From contig JAUPSS010000002.1 of NCBI GenBank assembly GCA_040285825.1, forward strand, positions 2,914,001-2,978,000: DNA of 64,000 bases, in the 5' to 3' direction. Made by a program: the position numbers and the translations under genes. The stretch's first letter is position 1. Each line of letters opens with the position of its first letter. This DNA is from Eukaryota sp. TZLM1-RC (Eukaryota > Protista > Metamonada: BaSk clade). The notes below the pieces were generated by a model, which was not told where the DNA came from, did no database searches, and was given only the letters and a program-made list of their open reading frames with translations. This document shows positions 1-11,916 of the stretch, piece after piece.

Positions 1-1070
1 CTCTTATCTTATTTCGTTGCAACAGGAAATTGAAACTCTTTCACCAAATATTTGGTCTAAATGTTTTCCCTCTGATATTGTGGAGCTTCCTCCAAGAAGC
101 TTGCTTTCCTTACCACTGACTTTTGCAAAATTGCAGAAAACAATCTTAAAAGTTTTAGAAAACTTGGATTATATTGTAAATCTTAGCTTGGTTAAAGAAA
201 AAATCCCGTTTTTGCAAACTATTTGATTGATCTTGAAGACAGTTGTTCAAGTTGCCTAATCTCCCAAATTCCCAACATTTATGGCCTTTTACTCATTGAT
301 CACCAATGGACCACTGCAATGAGAATGAGATGTTTTTTATGGCCTTGTTTTTTTACCAAATGATTTAATTTGTCGCTGCAAGAGTGTTGTTACGCTTTTC
401 CATATTTTGAACTGTAAGTATTCTTTAACTTATTGCTCAATTGTTCATGACTCAGTTCGTGATCAATTATATGCCATGTGCAAGTTTCAATCTAGAGGCA
501 TTTATTGAGCCATTAGGACGTAAGATGTCTTTAGATCAAACTGATGATTCCTTTGGAAAAAGAAGGGCAGATTTAGGAGCTCCAGGGATCGATGGTGTTC
601 TTAATTTTGTGGATGTTGTCTCAATTGATGTTTGCAAAAATCCTGCTGCTTGTTTAGTGTATTCCGCTGATTCGCCGTTATCTAACGCCGAAAAAAGAAG
701 ATATAAAATATGAAAAACTTTTGGCACAGTTAGGTAGAGTGGAACATGTGAAATATCAGTTTGTGCCGTTTGCAATTTCTCTTTTTGGCAATATTGGACC
801 TTCAGGGTTGCATTTTTTTGAAAATTTCAAAAAAGTGTTACTGAATAGGTCTGGTAAAACAATGAATTCCACTTTCCGGTTAAATAGAGTTGTTTTTTGC
901 ATTTTCAAGTCTATTCCAACAATGATTTCAAAGGCACTTTTAGCTATTGGTGTAGAATATGAACGTAATGCTGTGAGTAGGTTTAGTAATAGTGACGCTT
1001 ATTTGGAGGGTATTGAATTCTAGATGAGTTTGATTCTTATCTCAATAAATTTTATTTAGTTTAAAAAAAA
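1..1070 (+). mobile_element. RLE-bearing non-LTR retrotransposon fragment (CRE-like), family A, frameshifted; runs off the window edge
   Basis: Fragments encode a CxC..H..C knuckle, HDSVRD, the RRAD..D endonuclease core and the AEKK..Y motif; followed by AATAAA and an A-run. Near-identical copies at 29740-30727 and 63135-64000. Confidence 0.85.
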
Positions 1071-1433
1071 GTTCCGGAACAAGCAATTGTTATGCTAGTT
1101 ATTGAGAATTAAAGACAATTTTGACAAAGATATGGCAAATTCAGAATTTTCCGTTGAACAATCCAATTTTATTATACAAAACTTGGGCAAATATTATTGT
1201 TAAGGAATGTATCAATTTTCTCCTCAATGTCCTTAATAAACCTGAATACCCATTGAAATCTCTTTTCGAATGAAAATACAAAAATTTGCTTTCAAAAAAG
1301 ATGTTGGTTTGGTTAAAGCAAAAAAACGTAGCTATCGTCAAAAATTGATTTTAAACAATATTTTCAACAATGCCAAGTTTTATAATTTTATACAAAAGAA
1401 ACATTCAATTAAACGACAAAATTCAACAAAACC

Positions 1434-2363
1434 CTAAACATAAAGCTTTATTAGTTCGTCACACACAGCTCCTGGGGTAAGAATCCCAATATCAGTTAAA
1501 ACCAAATCTATAAACTCTGGTGGAGTGTAATCCACCACCCTCTTCTCTCTGGTATTGACAACTCCTTCTCCTACTGAATCCATGTTTGGTAACCTTAACG
1601 GATGGACTGGACGTTCTGTGAATTGGTCTACTTCATTCTGTGTAAGGGGATAGAGTCTTGTAAACTTGTAAGACTCCGCAGCTACGTAGCAGGGCTTACT
1701 GAGGTGACTAGCAACAACCGCAATGCCATAAGAACCAATTTGGTTAATTAAACCACCATTCTCAGTAATGCCCTCAGCCCCAAACAGTACCATTGTTACA
1801 GAGTGAAGAATCGAAGCTACAGCTGAATCAGAAACAATAGTGACACTAATATTTGATTTTGATAATCGATCTGCAGTTTCGTATCCATTAAACATTGGTA
1901 AACCTTCACTAACAATGACTTTGATCTCTTTCTCTTCAGCTATCCTCTCCAGAACAAGGCATGCAACTTGAGAGTAGCCATGGACAAGTATAGTACATCC
2001 ATCCTGGAAGAGAGCGGGGGCAAAGCGGGTGATAAGCTTGCGCGAGTTGGAGGCGTGTTCAACGAACATTCTGCCTCTATTTATGAGTGCTTCTCTACAG
2101 GCATCGAAGTCCGTGTAGTCGAGGAAAGTGCGTGTAACGAACTTCATAAAGAGAGAAGTTCCTGCTGTGAGGGAAATGGCTCGAGAGACGCTTTTCATTT
2201 CACTGATAGCATCAGAGATTTGTTGCTTAAGATCCATTATAGTGGTTGCATCGGACTCCAGGATAAGTGAGATAAGGAGATCGACTGCTAGAACAGCTGT
2301 TGCCTTCTTTCGTTCTTGAATTTGCTGTTTAAAGGTTTGAGCCAGTGTAGATTGACGTGACAT
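1434..2363 (-). CDS. EIF2B1: Translation initiation factor eIF2B subunit alpha
   Basis: ILVHGYS, FGAEGITENGGLINQIG, AAESYKFTRLYPL and DYTPPEFIDLVLTDIGILTP motifs; ATG at 2363. Confidence 0.92.
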   Translation of the reverse strand: MSRQSTLAQTFKQQIQERKKATAVLAVDLLISLILESDATTIMDLKQQISDAISEMKSVSRAISLTAGTSLFMKFVTRTFLDYTDFDACREALINRGRMFVEHASNSRKLITRFAPALFQDGCTILVHGYSQVACLVLERIAEEKEIKVIVSEGLPMFNGYETADRLSKSNISVTIVSDSAVASILHSVTMVLFGAEGITENGGLINQIGSYGIAVVASHLSKPCYVAAESYKFTRLYPLTQNEVDQFTERPVHPLRLPNMDSVGEGVVNTREKRVVDYTPPEFIDLVLTDIGILTPGAVCDELIKLYV

Positions 2364-3210
2364 CGGCTTATAACACACAAAGTTGCAAGCTGTTGATGAA
2401 TTGAGTTGGTTTTCAAAACTTTATGTCTTTCATTTCCTTTGAATTATATTCAGTGCTGTATTGATGTCACAATTCCATAGAGATTCCCACATCGTGCAAG
2501 GAAGTAATCCATCTCTAAGGTACACTGTTGTCTTTGCTCTACTGTAGGGTCTTAAATTCAGTAGAGAGTTCAGAAATTTTCTTTATTAATCAATTTGTTT
2601 ATTGTTGAATCAAGGACAATTGGACCCAAAGTACTTACAGCATCTAAAGGATGCACTGACAGCTGTGCAATAACAAGCATTTCTTGACTGCATGTTCAGG
2701 AAAAGGTATGAAAATGATGATGTTTGTAGTTGTCAATATGATCAGTGTTAAATTAACATTCTACCAATGTGACAATTTCTATTGTGATGTGCGTAAGGTA
2801 ATGTAGCGAGAGGATAATGTCAGTTTCAACATCCTTAGTCGTTGCTTTTAACCAAACTAATGGTTAAATCAATCTAATTGTTATATGATGTATTGTGCTG
2901 TATTGCAACCATTGGGCAGCTTACACAGTGACAGTGATCATACCACTCCTATTCTATCGAAAACGTTTTCAATTACTGACAAAATATCTCAATCAACATG
3001 ATATTAGGCACAATTCGAGACTGGTTACTGATTTGGTGTGGTTTGGACCTCATTATCCATAAAACAACACATTGTAGTAGATCTAAGTGTATAATTGCCA
3101 AAGAACAATTTTGTATCAAAACTATTTTTGGAATAGCTCACTATACTTAATAGCAGTACTTAGTCTCTACAAGCCTCACACTAGTGGCTTATCACCTGTA
3201 ATACTCTTCA

Positions 3211-5286
3211 ATGTCCTCTCTTAAGCAGGCTGACTCTGCCAATGTCAAAGTAGTTACACGATGTCGTCCTCTTCCAGATGGTTCTTCACCAATTACCAAG
3301 TTAGGAAATGATACAATTACAATAGTAGATGACACTTCTGATGCTTCAATTGAACGTAGTTTTCAATTTGACAAGGTTTTTCCTCCTCAAACTGACCAAC
3401 AATCTTTTTTCAATGATATTGGCAAAGAACTTTGTGATGTTGTTCTTAATGGTTTCAATGCCTGTATGATTGCATATGGACAAACTTCAAGCGGGAAAAC
3501 TTATTCACTTGTTGGTGAAAATGACGAGACTAGAGGTATACTCCCTCTATCATGCGAGTATCTGTTTGAACAAGCTCTCAGAAGATCACCATATCTTAAT
3601 GTTACAATATCAATATCAATATTGGAAATATTCATCAATCGTATGGTTGATCTTGGCAAGATTGCTGCTGAGAAGCTCTCAATCAATTCATCACGTGTTC
3701 ACACGTCACCATCCCCTGTGCCTCCCTCCTCATCCCCAGTCACTTATACTTCGTCAGATATTTGCACTCCTCCACCTCCCATGGTCCCTCTACATGACAA
3801 GAAGATGGAAGAACTGACATCACATCTCACCATACGGGAAGGGGTGAAGGGAAAAGCAGAATTATATGGATTGGAACAAATCCAAGTCAGCAATGTCTCT
3901 CAAGTCAGTGAGATCCTGGCTGAAGCTCTTTCCCTGCGCCACACCGCCCATACACTGCTCAACTCACATTCTTCTAGATCACACTTGATCATTTCCTTCA
4001 CAGTCAGCCAATCACAAATCAATCGTCCACAGTCCTCAACCATTGTTGGAAAGTTTTCTATTTGTGATCTTGCTGGTTCTGAAAGGATCAAAAAGAGCCA
4101 TGGTGATGATGTGAATATTGACCGTCGACGTGAAGCTGCATCTATAAATTCTTCTCTCTCCACATTAGGCTCTGTCGTCTCCTCTCTTGCATCCAACACT
4201 TCCCACGTTCCTTTCCGTGATTCCAAACTAACCAGGGTACTGCAATGTTTGGGCTTGGGTCAGGGTGGTAATTCTTATATAACGCTCCTGGCTACTCTGT
4301 ACCCGCTGTATAATCATTTCAGCGAGAGCTTAAATACGATGGTCTTTGCCAATAGATGTTTGGCAATTCAGACAGGACCAACTGTTAATTATAATCAGTT
4401 AGATGAGCTGGCGTATCAGGCAAAGTTGAAGGAGTTGCAGCAGACCATAGTAGAGCTCACTAGTGAGGTGAATTTTTTAAGAGAAGAGCTCAAGTCAAGG
4501 GAGGTCAATGAAGGCCAAAATATGGAATCGGAGAGGGTCAGAAATACAGAAAATTCTGGTCTCGTTAGGTCTTTTGATGATGATTTTGATGGACTTTCTA
4601 AAATGGAGTCGAAATTTCAGGACGTTCAATTGCAAAATGTAAATGCCCTTGTTAAACAAGCCAAGAGAACTCTAAGGTTTAAATCAGAATTAGCTCAAAA
4701 ATCACAAGAAAACTCACGACTTTTTGATGAATCACGTTCACTTTTGAGCCAGCAGTCAAGAACTTTCAAGGCAGAGTTAGAGAGTATTTCAGAACGAACA
4801 AAAAGACAGTTAGAAGAAGCAGAAAACCAACGAAAATTAGCAATATTGAGTCCAATCAAAAAACAGAAACCAATCAGAAAGATCAGGACTGGTGATGTGA
4901 TCAATCAAAATAATGACGACAGTTTGATTGAAGTGATTAATCAACGTGATGCAAAAATAGCGGAACTAACTGAAGAATTGGAGCAAACCCATCGCAATAA
5001 TCAATCAAATATCAAATCATTAGTGAGTGAGAGTCAGAAGCTAATCAAAATGATTAGGGAACGTGATAGATTAATCGCTGACGTGGCAGATGGTCATTTA
5101 AGTGAATATATCCATTTTGGAGGAACCAAAGGCAAATATTTAGAGATTCCAGATGGATATAACGTCAAAAAGTTTTACACTTCTGATTTTCCACTTTTAT
5201 ACAAACTTATTCCTATCAATTCTTCTACTCGGACGATTCGAAGAAGAAGAACATCAAGACCTCAAAGTGCAAGCCCTTTTTGTTGA
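3211..5286 (+). CDS. Kinesin motor protein (N-terminal motor, C-terminal coiled coil)
   Basis: RCRP, AYGQTSSGKTYS P-loop, NSHSSRSH switch I, DLAGSER switch II, HVPFRDSKLT. Confidence 0.95.
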   Translation: MSSLKQADSANVKVVTRCRPLPDGSSPITKLGNDTITIVDDTSDASIERSFQFDKVFPPQTDQQSFFNDIGKELCDVVLNGFNACMIAYGQTSSGKTYSLVGENDETRGILPLSCEYLFEQALRRSPYLNVTISISILEIFINRMVDLGKIAAEKLSINSSRVHTSPSPVPPSSSPVTYTSSDICTPPPPMVPLHDKKMEELTSHLTIREGVKGKAELYGLEQIQVSNVSQVSEILAEALSLRHTAHTLLNSHSSRSHLIISFTVSQSQINRPQSSTIVGKFSICDLAGSERIKKSHGDDVNIDRRREAASINSSLSTLGSVVSSLASNTSHVPFRDSKLTRVLQCLGLGQGGNSYITLLATLYPLYNHFSESLNTMVFANRCLAIQTGPTVNYNQLDELAYQAKLKELQQTIVELTSEVNFLREELKSREVNEGQNMESERVRNTENSGLVRSFDDDFDGLSKMESKFQDVQLQNVNALVKQAKRTLRFKSELAQKSQENSRLFDESRSLLSQQSRTFKAELESISERTKRQLEEAENQRKLAILSPIKKQKPIRKIRTGDVINQNNDDSLIEVINQRDAKIAELTEELEQTHRNNQSNIKSLVSESQKLIKMIRERDRLIADVADGHLSEYIHFGGTKGKYLEIPDGYNVKKFYTSDFPLLYKLIPINSSTRTIRRRRTSRPQSASPFC

Positions 5287-5632
5287 ATCTAATTTGAAGT
5301 TAAAACAAACTTTTAAGTAATTTTGTTGAGTTTTTTTCAATTTATCTGAGGGTTTTGCCTTTTTTGCCATTAATTTATTGCCTGAGATTATTTTCGCTAC
5401 ATAATTTTTTTACATAATTTTTTTACATATTTTTTTTGTAATATATTTGTAAATAATCCTTTTCAATTTTCCGAGCACTTTTTTATTGTTTTCTCTAAGT
5501 TTTGGTGCAAATTGTTCAAGTAAAGAGCTGATTATCCATGTCTCAATCAATTACCCTTTCACCACGATAGCTACATCAAAATGCAATGTAATAAACAAAT
5601 ACTCAAGTCAAAATAACTTTATAAGTTACAAC

Positions 5633-6436
5633 TTAATTTCTATGTTTCCTAAAACGTTTAGGCTGTTTTTGTTGCTGAACAGAAACCTTGGCAGGAACAC
5701 CATTGATAACTAGTCCATTCTGGATAATGTTTTCGGCTTCATCAGGTTGATAAAATACAACTCTAAACTTTCCCGGCTGCTTCTGCATGATGTCAATGTT
5801 ATTGGAGAATTCTCTGCAAGCTGCATCAACGTCAGCCATCACTGCGCCCTCCAACTCAATGACGAGATGTTTTGGACGAGGGGTTCCAATAGTGTCTTGT
5901 TTGCGTTCACGGTGAGGCTTGCGTTCGGCTTTGGTATCAATGGTGGCTGGTACACTGGGAGACGTTGCTTCTACCTCTATACAAGGAGTTGTGACGTTGC
6001 GTTCAGAAACTTCTGGCTCGGGGCTATTCCACCGGAACATGGAAGCCCGTAGATAAAACCAGCCATTCAAATGGTGGTCTTCATGGGCTGTTAAAATAAA
6101 ACTGTTTTGAAATGCTCTTACATCTGTGTTAGAGGTCGGCGAGACCACGGAACCGTTAACAACAACCATCATAGACGTACTGTCGAAAGGAGTATAATCA
6201 ACAGACGCAATGTGGAAGGACTTTCCTGACATATTAGAGGATTTTATAAACTGGTCAATAGCGTCACGGCCAGTATAAACATCCGAAATGAAGGAGCTGC
6301 CGTACTCACTGACAGTCAAGGTGGATTCCTCGCCATAAAAGCGATTGACATTGTCCGGTTCCTTGCAAAGTGTGCTAAAGTATTGGTCTACAAAGGACCG
6401 GAGTACTGACTCGGGAGATATTTGAACAGAAGTCAT
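5633..6436 (-). CDS. NTF2 domain plus degenerate RRM protein (G3BP/Bre5-like)
   Basis: N-terminal FVDQYFSTL..FYGEESTL..VVNG..FQNSFIL NTF2 pattern; C-terminal RRM-like segment and basic tail. Confidence 0.75.
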   Translation of the reverse strand: MTSVQISPESVLRSFVDQYFSTLCKEPDNVNRFYGEESTLTVSEYGSSFISDVYTGRDAIDQFIKSSNMSGKSFHIASVDYTPFDSTSMMVVVNGSVVSPTSNTDVRAFQNSFILTAHEDHHLNGWFYLRASMFRWNSPEPEVSERNVTTPCIEVEATSPSVPATIDTKAERKPHRERKQDTIGTPRPKHLVIELEGAVMADVDAACREFSNNIDIMQKQPGKFRVVFYQPDEAENIIQNGLVINGVPAKVSVQQQKQPKRFRKHRN

Positions 6437-7467
6437 TGGTCTTAATTGGGTTGTTTGGAAAAGTGAAATATTCTATTTCATCTTTGTATCAGCACTCTTC
6501 TGACAATAGTTTATTGGAGATCAACCAAAAAATACATTGCTCACACAACAAAACAACTAGCTGCAACTTTCTCGAAGTAATGCGGGAGACACTTTTGCTC
6601 CAGGGACCTTCTTCAACATCCCTTTATATTGGAAGGAACAACACAATTCTGTCAAAATAATCTAGGAAGACATAAATGCTGCTATTTTAACAACATGTTC
6701 ATAACTTCCCAGAAGTCTTATAAGAAATAATTGAGTGAGGTATTTCTGTACAATTTAAATTAAACTGAAGCCAATGATATCACAATTCTTGTCGAAAAGG
6801 ACCAAATCATTATCCCGTTAGCAAATTTTCTAAGAATGTTGGCCCCAATATGTGCTTTTTTCAATTTTTTGGACAATAACTTCATTGGAAGATTCACAAG
6901 CGGGCCTCCATTGTATGCATCTTATATAAAGCTCAACAAGAAAAACAAAGTCTTGCGTTTTCATTATCATCGAAATTTGTGATCTAAATTGGTATGATTT
7001 AGTAAGAATAAGATTCAATTTAGTAACATCTATTTTTATTAAAATTCATAATAACTATAATTAATAATAATTAATTATAATTAATTGGTAAGTTAGGTCA
7101 AAAAGTTTCTTGATTCTTTTGCCAAGTTATGTCTTGAACGTAACAGATTATTTAACATTTCCATTTGGCGTAATAGAATCATCTTTGCTTTATTTCGAAG
7201 CTTTCCCAAATACTTGTCTCAGATATTCAAAAAGTTATATAGAAGTGTAAGGGTAGATGTGGAGAAATTTTCTTCTTATAAGTTCTAGCTCTTAGCTGTG
7301 TATGTTGTCACTTTATAATAATAATAATAAATAAATAAATAATTAATAATAATTATATTAACAATTATTTTTTAAATAAATATCAAGCAACTATACTGTT
7401 TTTGGTTGAGAGATTTTCTCTTATGAAATGAACTTTACGAATTTACTACTAACTCACCTTCTTTCAA

Positions 7468-8358
7468 ATGTCTTTGAGATTTGACTTTAGCATAATCTGT
7501 ACCGATTGTCGTTCAAACGATGCTCTGCTGGTAGATGATTATAGAACAGGTAATCGTGTCTGCACAAAATGTGGTCTGTGTTCCCCTGAACGTATCATTG
7601 ACCCTGGAGGAGAATGGCGATCTGTTGAGGGTGCAGAAACAGAAGTTAGAGTTGGAGGACCTACACAATTCTTTATTGAAACATTATCCACAACTATAGG
7701 AGAAGACACCGGGACAAAAGGTCCTAGACGAACAACACTATCAAGCAAAGACTATTCCCTAATCAGAGTTCAACAACAAATGAACCGCCTTGGACTTAAA
7801 CTTGGCTTAACCACCTCTGTTGTCAATAGAGGACTGGAACTCTATCAAATTGTTACAGAGACAGCTTCCTTGCGAGGCAGAAGTTCTGAAGGTGTTGCTA
7901 CTGCATGCCTATTCATTGCGGCGCGAGAGGCAGGGTTTCCCAGAACATTCAAGGAGTTTGAACTAAATAGTGGAGTTCCCAAGAAACAACTGGGGAGATG
8001 TTACAAATTTGTGTTGGAAACCTCACAGTTAGTACTGGAATCAGCAACATCACCAGAGAAACTGGTGGATCGATTTGTTAATGCGGCACGTCTCGAATAT
8101 AGAGTGGGATTTTTGGCAAAGTATATAGCAAAAAAAGCCACAAGCTTCGCAATCGCAAGTTCACGTCATCCAGCATCTATAGCCGGCGCTTCTATCTATT
8201 GGGCGTCAAAGTTCCTTGCAGAGAAGCAAGGTACTGCACCTGTAACTCTCGGAACATTGAGCGATGTAGTTGGAATAAGTGAGGTTACATTGAATGTAGT
8301 GTATCGGGAACTAATGGGAAATGAGGACCTTATTCGTCCAATTGAGGTTGCTGAGTAA
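7468..8358 (+). CDS. GTF2B: Transcription initiation factor TFIIB
   Basis: Zinc ribbon CTDC..CTKCG, IDPGGEWRS B-reader, cyclin repeats with LRGRS..ACLFIAAR..PRTFKE. Confidence 0.92.
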   Translation: MSLRFDFSIICTDCRSNDALLVDDYRTGNRVCTKCGLCSPERIIDPGGEWRSVEGAETEVRVGGPTQFFIETLSTTIGEDTGTKGPRRTTLSSKDYSLIRVQQQMNRLGLKLGLTTSVVNRGLELYQIVTETASLRGRSSEGVATACLFIAAREAGFPRTFKEFELNSGVPKKQLGRCYKFVLETSQLVLESATSPEKLVDRFVNAARLEYRVGFLAKYIAKKATSFAIASSRHPASIAGASIYWASKFLAEKQGTAPVTLGTLSDVVGISEVTLNVVYRELMGNEDLIRPIEVAE

Positions 8359-8759
8359 CTACCATAGTGTTTAGGAATAGATTCGCTGTAAACAAAGTGG
8401 AATTGTTTGGTATTAAAAGATAGTAGAGCCGTATTAACTAATCATGGTTTGGTGGTGAAGTCCGTACTATAAGCAGAGTTGCTTACCCAATTGACCCTCT
8501 ACGTTAGAGAACATTCGCTCAACTTCGACAGAAGTTGCTGCCACAGTTGTAACATTGACATGAATGAAAAGCAAGTGTGCTGGTACGAAACTGAAGCAAT
8601 TGACTGAGGACGTGTATTGAAAGCAATTGATGTACGCTGTAATGTTGCCCTATTAGCAAATGGCAATTACCGTATTAAATGGGGGTACAAATGTTGATCG
8701 TTAAATTTGAAACTGGTGAACTTCAAAAAACAGTATTGCAATGTATTGAAAAATTTTGT

Positions 8760-9406
8760 ATTTATTGAATTTGTACACTTAATTAAATTAAATCAGAACT
8801 AATGGGACGACTATCAATGAACCAAGATTTCCTCTACAAAATCTTGATCTGCTTGCTGTCTAGCTAAAGCTTCTCTTATTCGATTGAAAAACCGAGGTAA
8901 TCTATTAATAATGGCAAATTGAATCCGTGACCGCCATAAAAAAATATCAAATCTTTTCATTGTTTTTTCTTGCACCATTTTTTGGAAGTCATTCAAAAAT
9001 GTTTCTGCTTCATCTGATAATCTTCCATTTATCGGAAATGGGAAGGCAATAAAAACCAGCTGTGTACTTCTATCGGCATTAGCCTCTTCAATATCTTTAT
9101 CATATTTTGTATGTTTCTCTTTTGCTTTATAATCAAGAGCAGTCACAGGATTAAGTTTTCTTCTGTGAACCAAAGTATCATTTGCAACATTACATGAGAC
9201 AAAGTCAACAATAGCTTCAGAATTATCAATCCAATCACAGTATACATCACCTCTATCATCAGAACCAAAATTATTCAGAGAAAGTGTTTCCTTCAGCAGG
9301 GGCTCTTTGATACACGATATTCTTGCAGATTGTGCCATATTGAAAACAGTGTCTCTAACAGTATCATGTATTGAAAAACGATAAGTTATCAATTTAGAGC
9401 AATTTA
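8760..9406 (-). mobile_element. 5'-truncated CRE-like non-LTR retrotransposon, family B
   Basis: HDTVRD, EP, RGDVYCD..D, KAKEK..KY RLE motifs; near-identical to the 3' part of 42821-44240. Confidence 0.85.
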
Positions 9407-9579
9407 TTGATTTTTTATTCTTTTGAATAAATTGAATTGAATTGGGGTAAAAACACTAAGACTTTATAGGCTAGATGAAGGGACCTCATCTCCAAAATCG
9501 AGAGAATATGTTGTGATGATACCTTGTGAACACTACTAACTCTCCCTACTAATGTCACTTATTCAACTTTGGAGCACTT

Positions 9580-10290
9580 ATGTATTCTGCAGGACCAATC
9601 TTATTATCACTAACTCTATTGACGAGTTGGACTCTCACTCAGATATATAACCCTGTTGAGGATGAACGCTTTCCCGTAATATCTAAAACTCACTTACATT
9701 TCCCACAAAATGTGGTTTTTGTAATTGGATCTACTATTGCTGCTGTTTGTTTTTCTCTATCAGCTGATAAGGTATCCCATACTATTGAGAAGGAGGCTAA
9801 AACTATAGAAACTTTATACGGAAAGAGACCCTTTCCCTTAATCGGATCACAAATCTTTATCAAAACAACTTTGTTCATAATGGGTGGCTTGGGTAACTTT
9901 TGGTATCCCCTACTGGCGATCTATTCCTTGGACACAGCTCATACGGAACATTGGTATGTAGCTGGCTTCTTTGCTTTGTCTGCGGCTATAGAGATGGTGT
10001 TTTTATATCTTGTTTCAGATATCCATAATTACTTCATTTCAAACGAGATTCCTCTGGGAGGGTCGTCTCTCCTCTATGTTCATCTTCGACCAGCTGTAAG
10101 TAAGAAGAGTCTTAACTGGAAGCTTGGTTGTATTGTTGTCTCAGCTAGCAGTATTCTGGGTTATTTGTACCTTCGATTCTATTGTCTAAGGCTCACACGT
10201 CATTGTGATTGGTATGCTATTTGTCAATATCTGTCAGTGTTTGCTATAATTGCTTACCGATCGAGTTATCGCTGGGATTTCCTCAAATAA
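9580..10290 (+). CDS. Multi-pass membrane protein, FRAG1/DRAM/Sfk1-like
   Basis: About six hydrophobic segments; PVIS..PQNVVF, H..HWYVAGFF and terminal AICQY patterns typical of this family. Start codon uncertain. Confidence 0.6.
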   Translation: MYSAGPILLSLTLLTSWTLTQIYNPVEDERFPVISKTHLHFPQNVVFVIGSTIAAVCFSLSADKVSHTIEKEAKTIETLYGKRPFPLIGSQIFIKTTLFIMGGLGNFWYPLLAIYSLDTAHTEHWYVAGFFALSAAIEMVFLYLVSDIHNYFISNEIPLGGSSLLYVHLRPAVSKKSLNWKLGCIVVSASSILGYLYLRFYCLRLTRHCDWYAICQYLSVFAIIAYRSSYRWDFLK

Positions 10291-10505
10291 ACTTAAAGTT
10301 TCGATGTTTTTATTTTTGCACAGATGTTTCATTATTGTTTTGGACTTCTCATTCAAGTTTGTTCAATATGTGATAATTGCGTAGCAAAATTGAAATGAAA
10401 ATGTTAAGGACCACAATTTGGATCCATTTCAGTTTGTGAATTTGAGGCCTCAATTTGAATAGTTCATTCATTTTCACTTCACCCTACCCCTTTCGATCTC
10501 TTCCG

Positions 10506-10925
10506 ATGCAAAACGAATTTGAACAAAAGCTTTCGCAACTTAAATCTCTTCAGGAAGGTTTGTCTTCCATATCAGACACATCTCATAATAGAGGCTTCAT
10601 CACTTTACTCTACACGTACTAAACTATTGGGCCAACTCACTGAGAATGAAATGGTCTTAGATGAATTCAAGTTACTTGAAGAAGATGCTAAAATTTATAA
10701 GTTGTCTGGACCGACTTTACTTCCCCAAGATCTTGAAGAGTCCAAAGCAATGGTTAGTAGTAGAATTAGTTACATCAAAAACGAACTGTTTGTTTCTATA
10801 TAACATCTTATTCTAGCGAATCACTTGAAAAGAAGTTAAAGGAATATTCAGACAAAGAAAAATCCTTAACTGAGAGACTACAAGCTATACAGGCTGCTGC
10901 TCAAAAGCACAGAAGTAATTTTTAA
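10506..10925 (+). CDS. PFDN6: Prefoldin subunit 6; introns at 10558-10591 and 10788-10816
   Basis: Spliced product MQNEFEQKLSQLKSLQEEASSLY..QLTENEMVLDEFKLLEEDAKIYKLSGPTLLPQDLEESK..RISYIKNELESLEK; both introns are GTTTGT..TAG. Confidence 0.92.
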
Positions 10926-11081
10926 TGCATTGATGTTCAATAAATAAAGATATTTTGATTTTGTGTTTTACTAATATGATGACATTGAGACAATAAGCGA
11001 GAGATCGAAGAGCTAACACCCACTTTATGATAGCTACAGACTAATGCAAAAAAGGGCACGGAAATACACAAAATGAACGGC

Positions 11082-11296
11082 TTACAATCCAAGCTTGGTT
11101 CTTCTCCAGTGACGACGGAGAGCGTTGTATCTAATATGAGCTACGTTATATGTGTACAAACCTGATAGTGTTATCAGTACGCATACGGATCCAGTTAGGG
11201 ACGGGACGGTTTTGCTTGCGCAATTTGGCCATTCTGGTCTTGAGCTTGAAGGACTTGACGGCACCCTGGTGGTTAGGTCAACAATGATCATACCAT
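11082..11296 (-). CDS. RPL39: 60S ribosomal protein L39 (eL39); introns at 11266-11293 and 11131-11161
   Basis: Splicing gives the 51-aa [51 protein letters not shown]. Confidence 0.97.
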
Positions 11297-11916
11297 TTGA
11301 GGAACTTGGAGAAAAGGAGGTTTTACTTTTTCTAACTACACACTCAATATAGTTCTGCGATCATTTTTCCTGTTCACACATTCAATATCAATGTCATGCA
11401 TTAGGATTCTTATCTAATCGTTTTCTTGTCGATCACAATTTGTTCATAATGATGTATACTGTTACTTTTCAGACTTGTTTGTCATGAGTACATGTAAGCA
11501 CATTTGTGCGTTCACATTAGATGTCACATTATGGTTTGAAAACGTCATGTATAATTCAATACTTTGGTCAATTGCATGAAATTTGGGGCTCGTTTATGGT
11601 TTCTATCACTGCTAATATGTCAATTGTGTTCCAATACCTCTGTTCTATTTACAAGTTAGTTTGTATCACATTAGTTTTGACATGTTGTACTTATAATTCC
11701 TTTGTATTTATAATCAGTATTGATACCATTAAATAAATTAAATAGTAGAAAAAGTATTTATATACCATTGAATCAACTAACAAAACAAGAGCACAGAAAA
11801 TGTTGAGTTGCTAAAAACTAAAAACAAAATAACCCAATTAAATAAGTACAGGTTCTAACAAACTACCAAAACTAAATAAAAACAATATTAAATTAAACTT
11901 GTTTTTAAAACAGTCC

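Noticed and set aside
4456-4467. Third CTCACTAGTGAG core inside the kinesin gene
   Set aside because: Lacks the TAGG/CCTA arms and lies in coding sequence (LTSE); probably chance.
10970-11045. Box C/D snoRNA candidate (ATGATGA)
   Set aside because: No properly placed CTGA D box or terminal stem.
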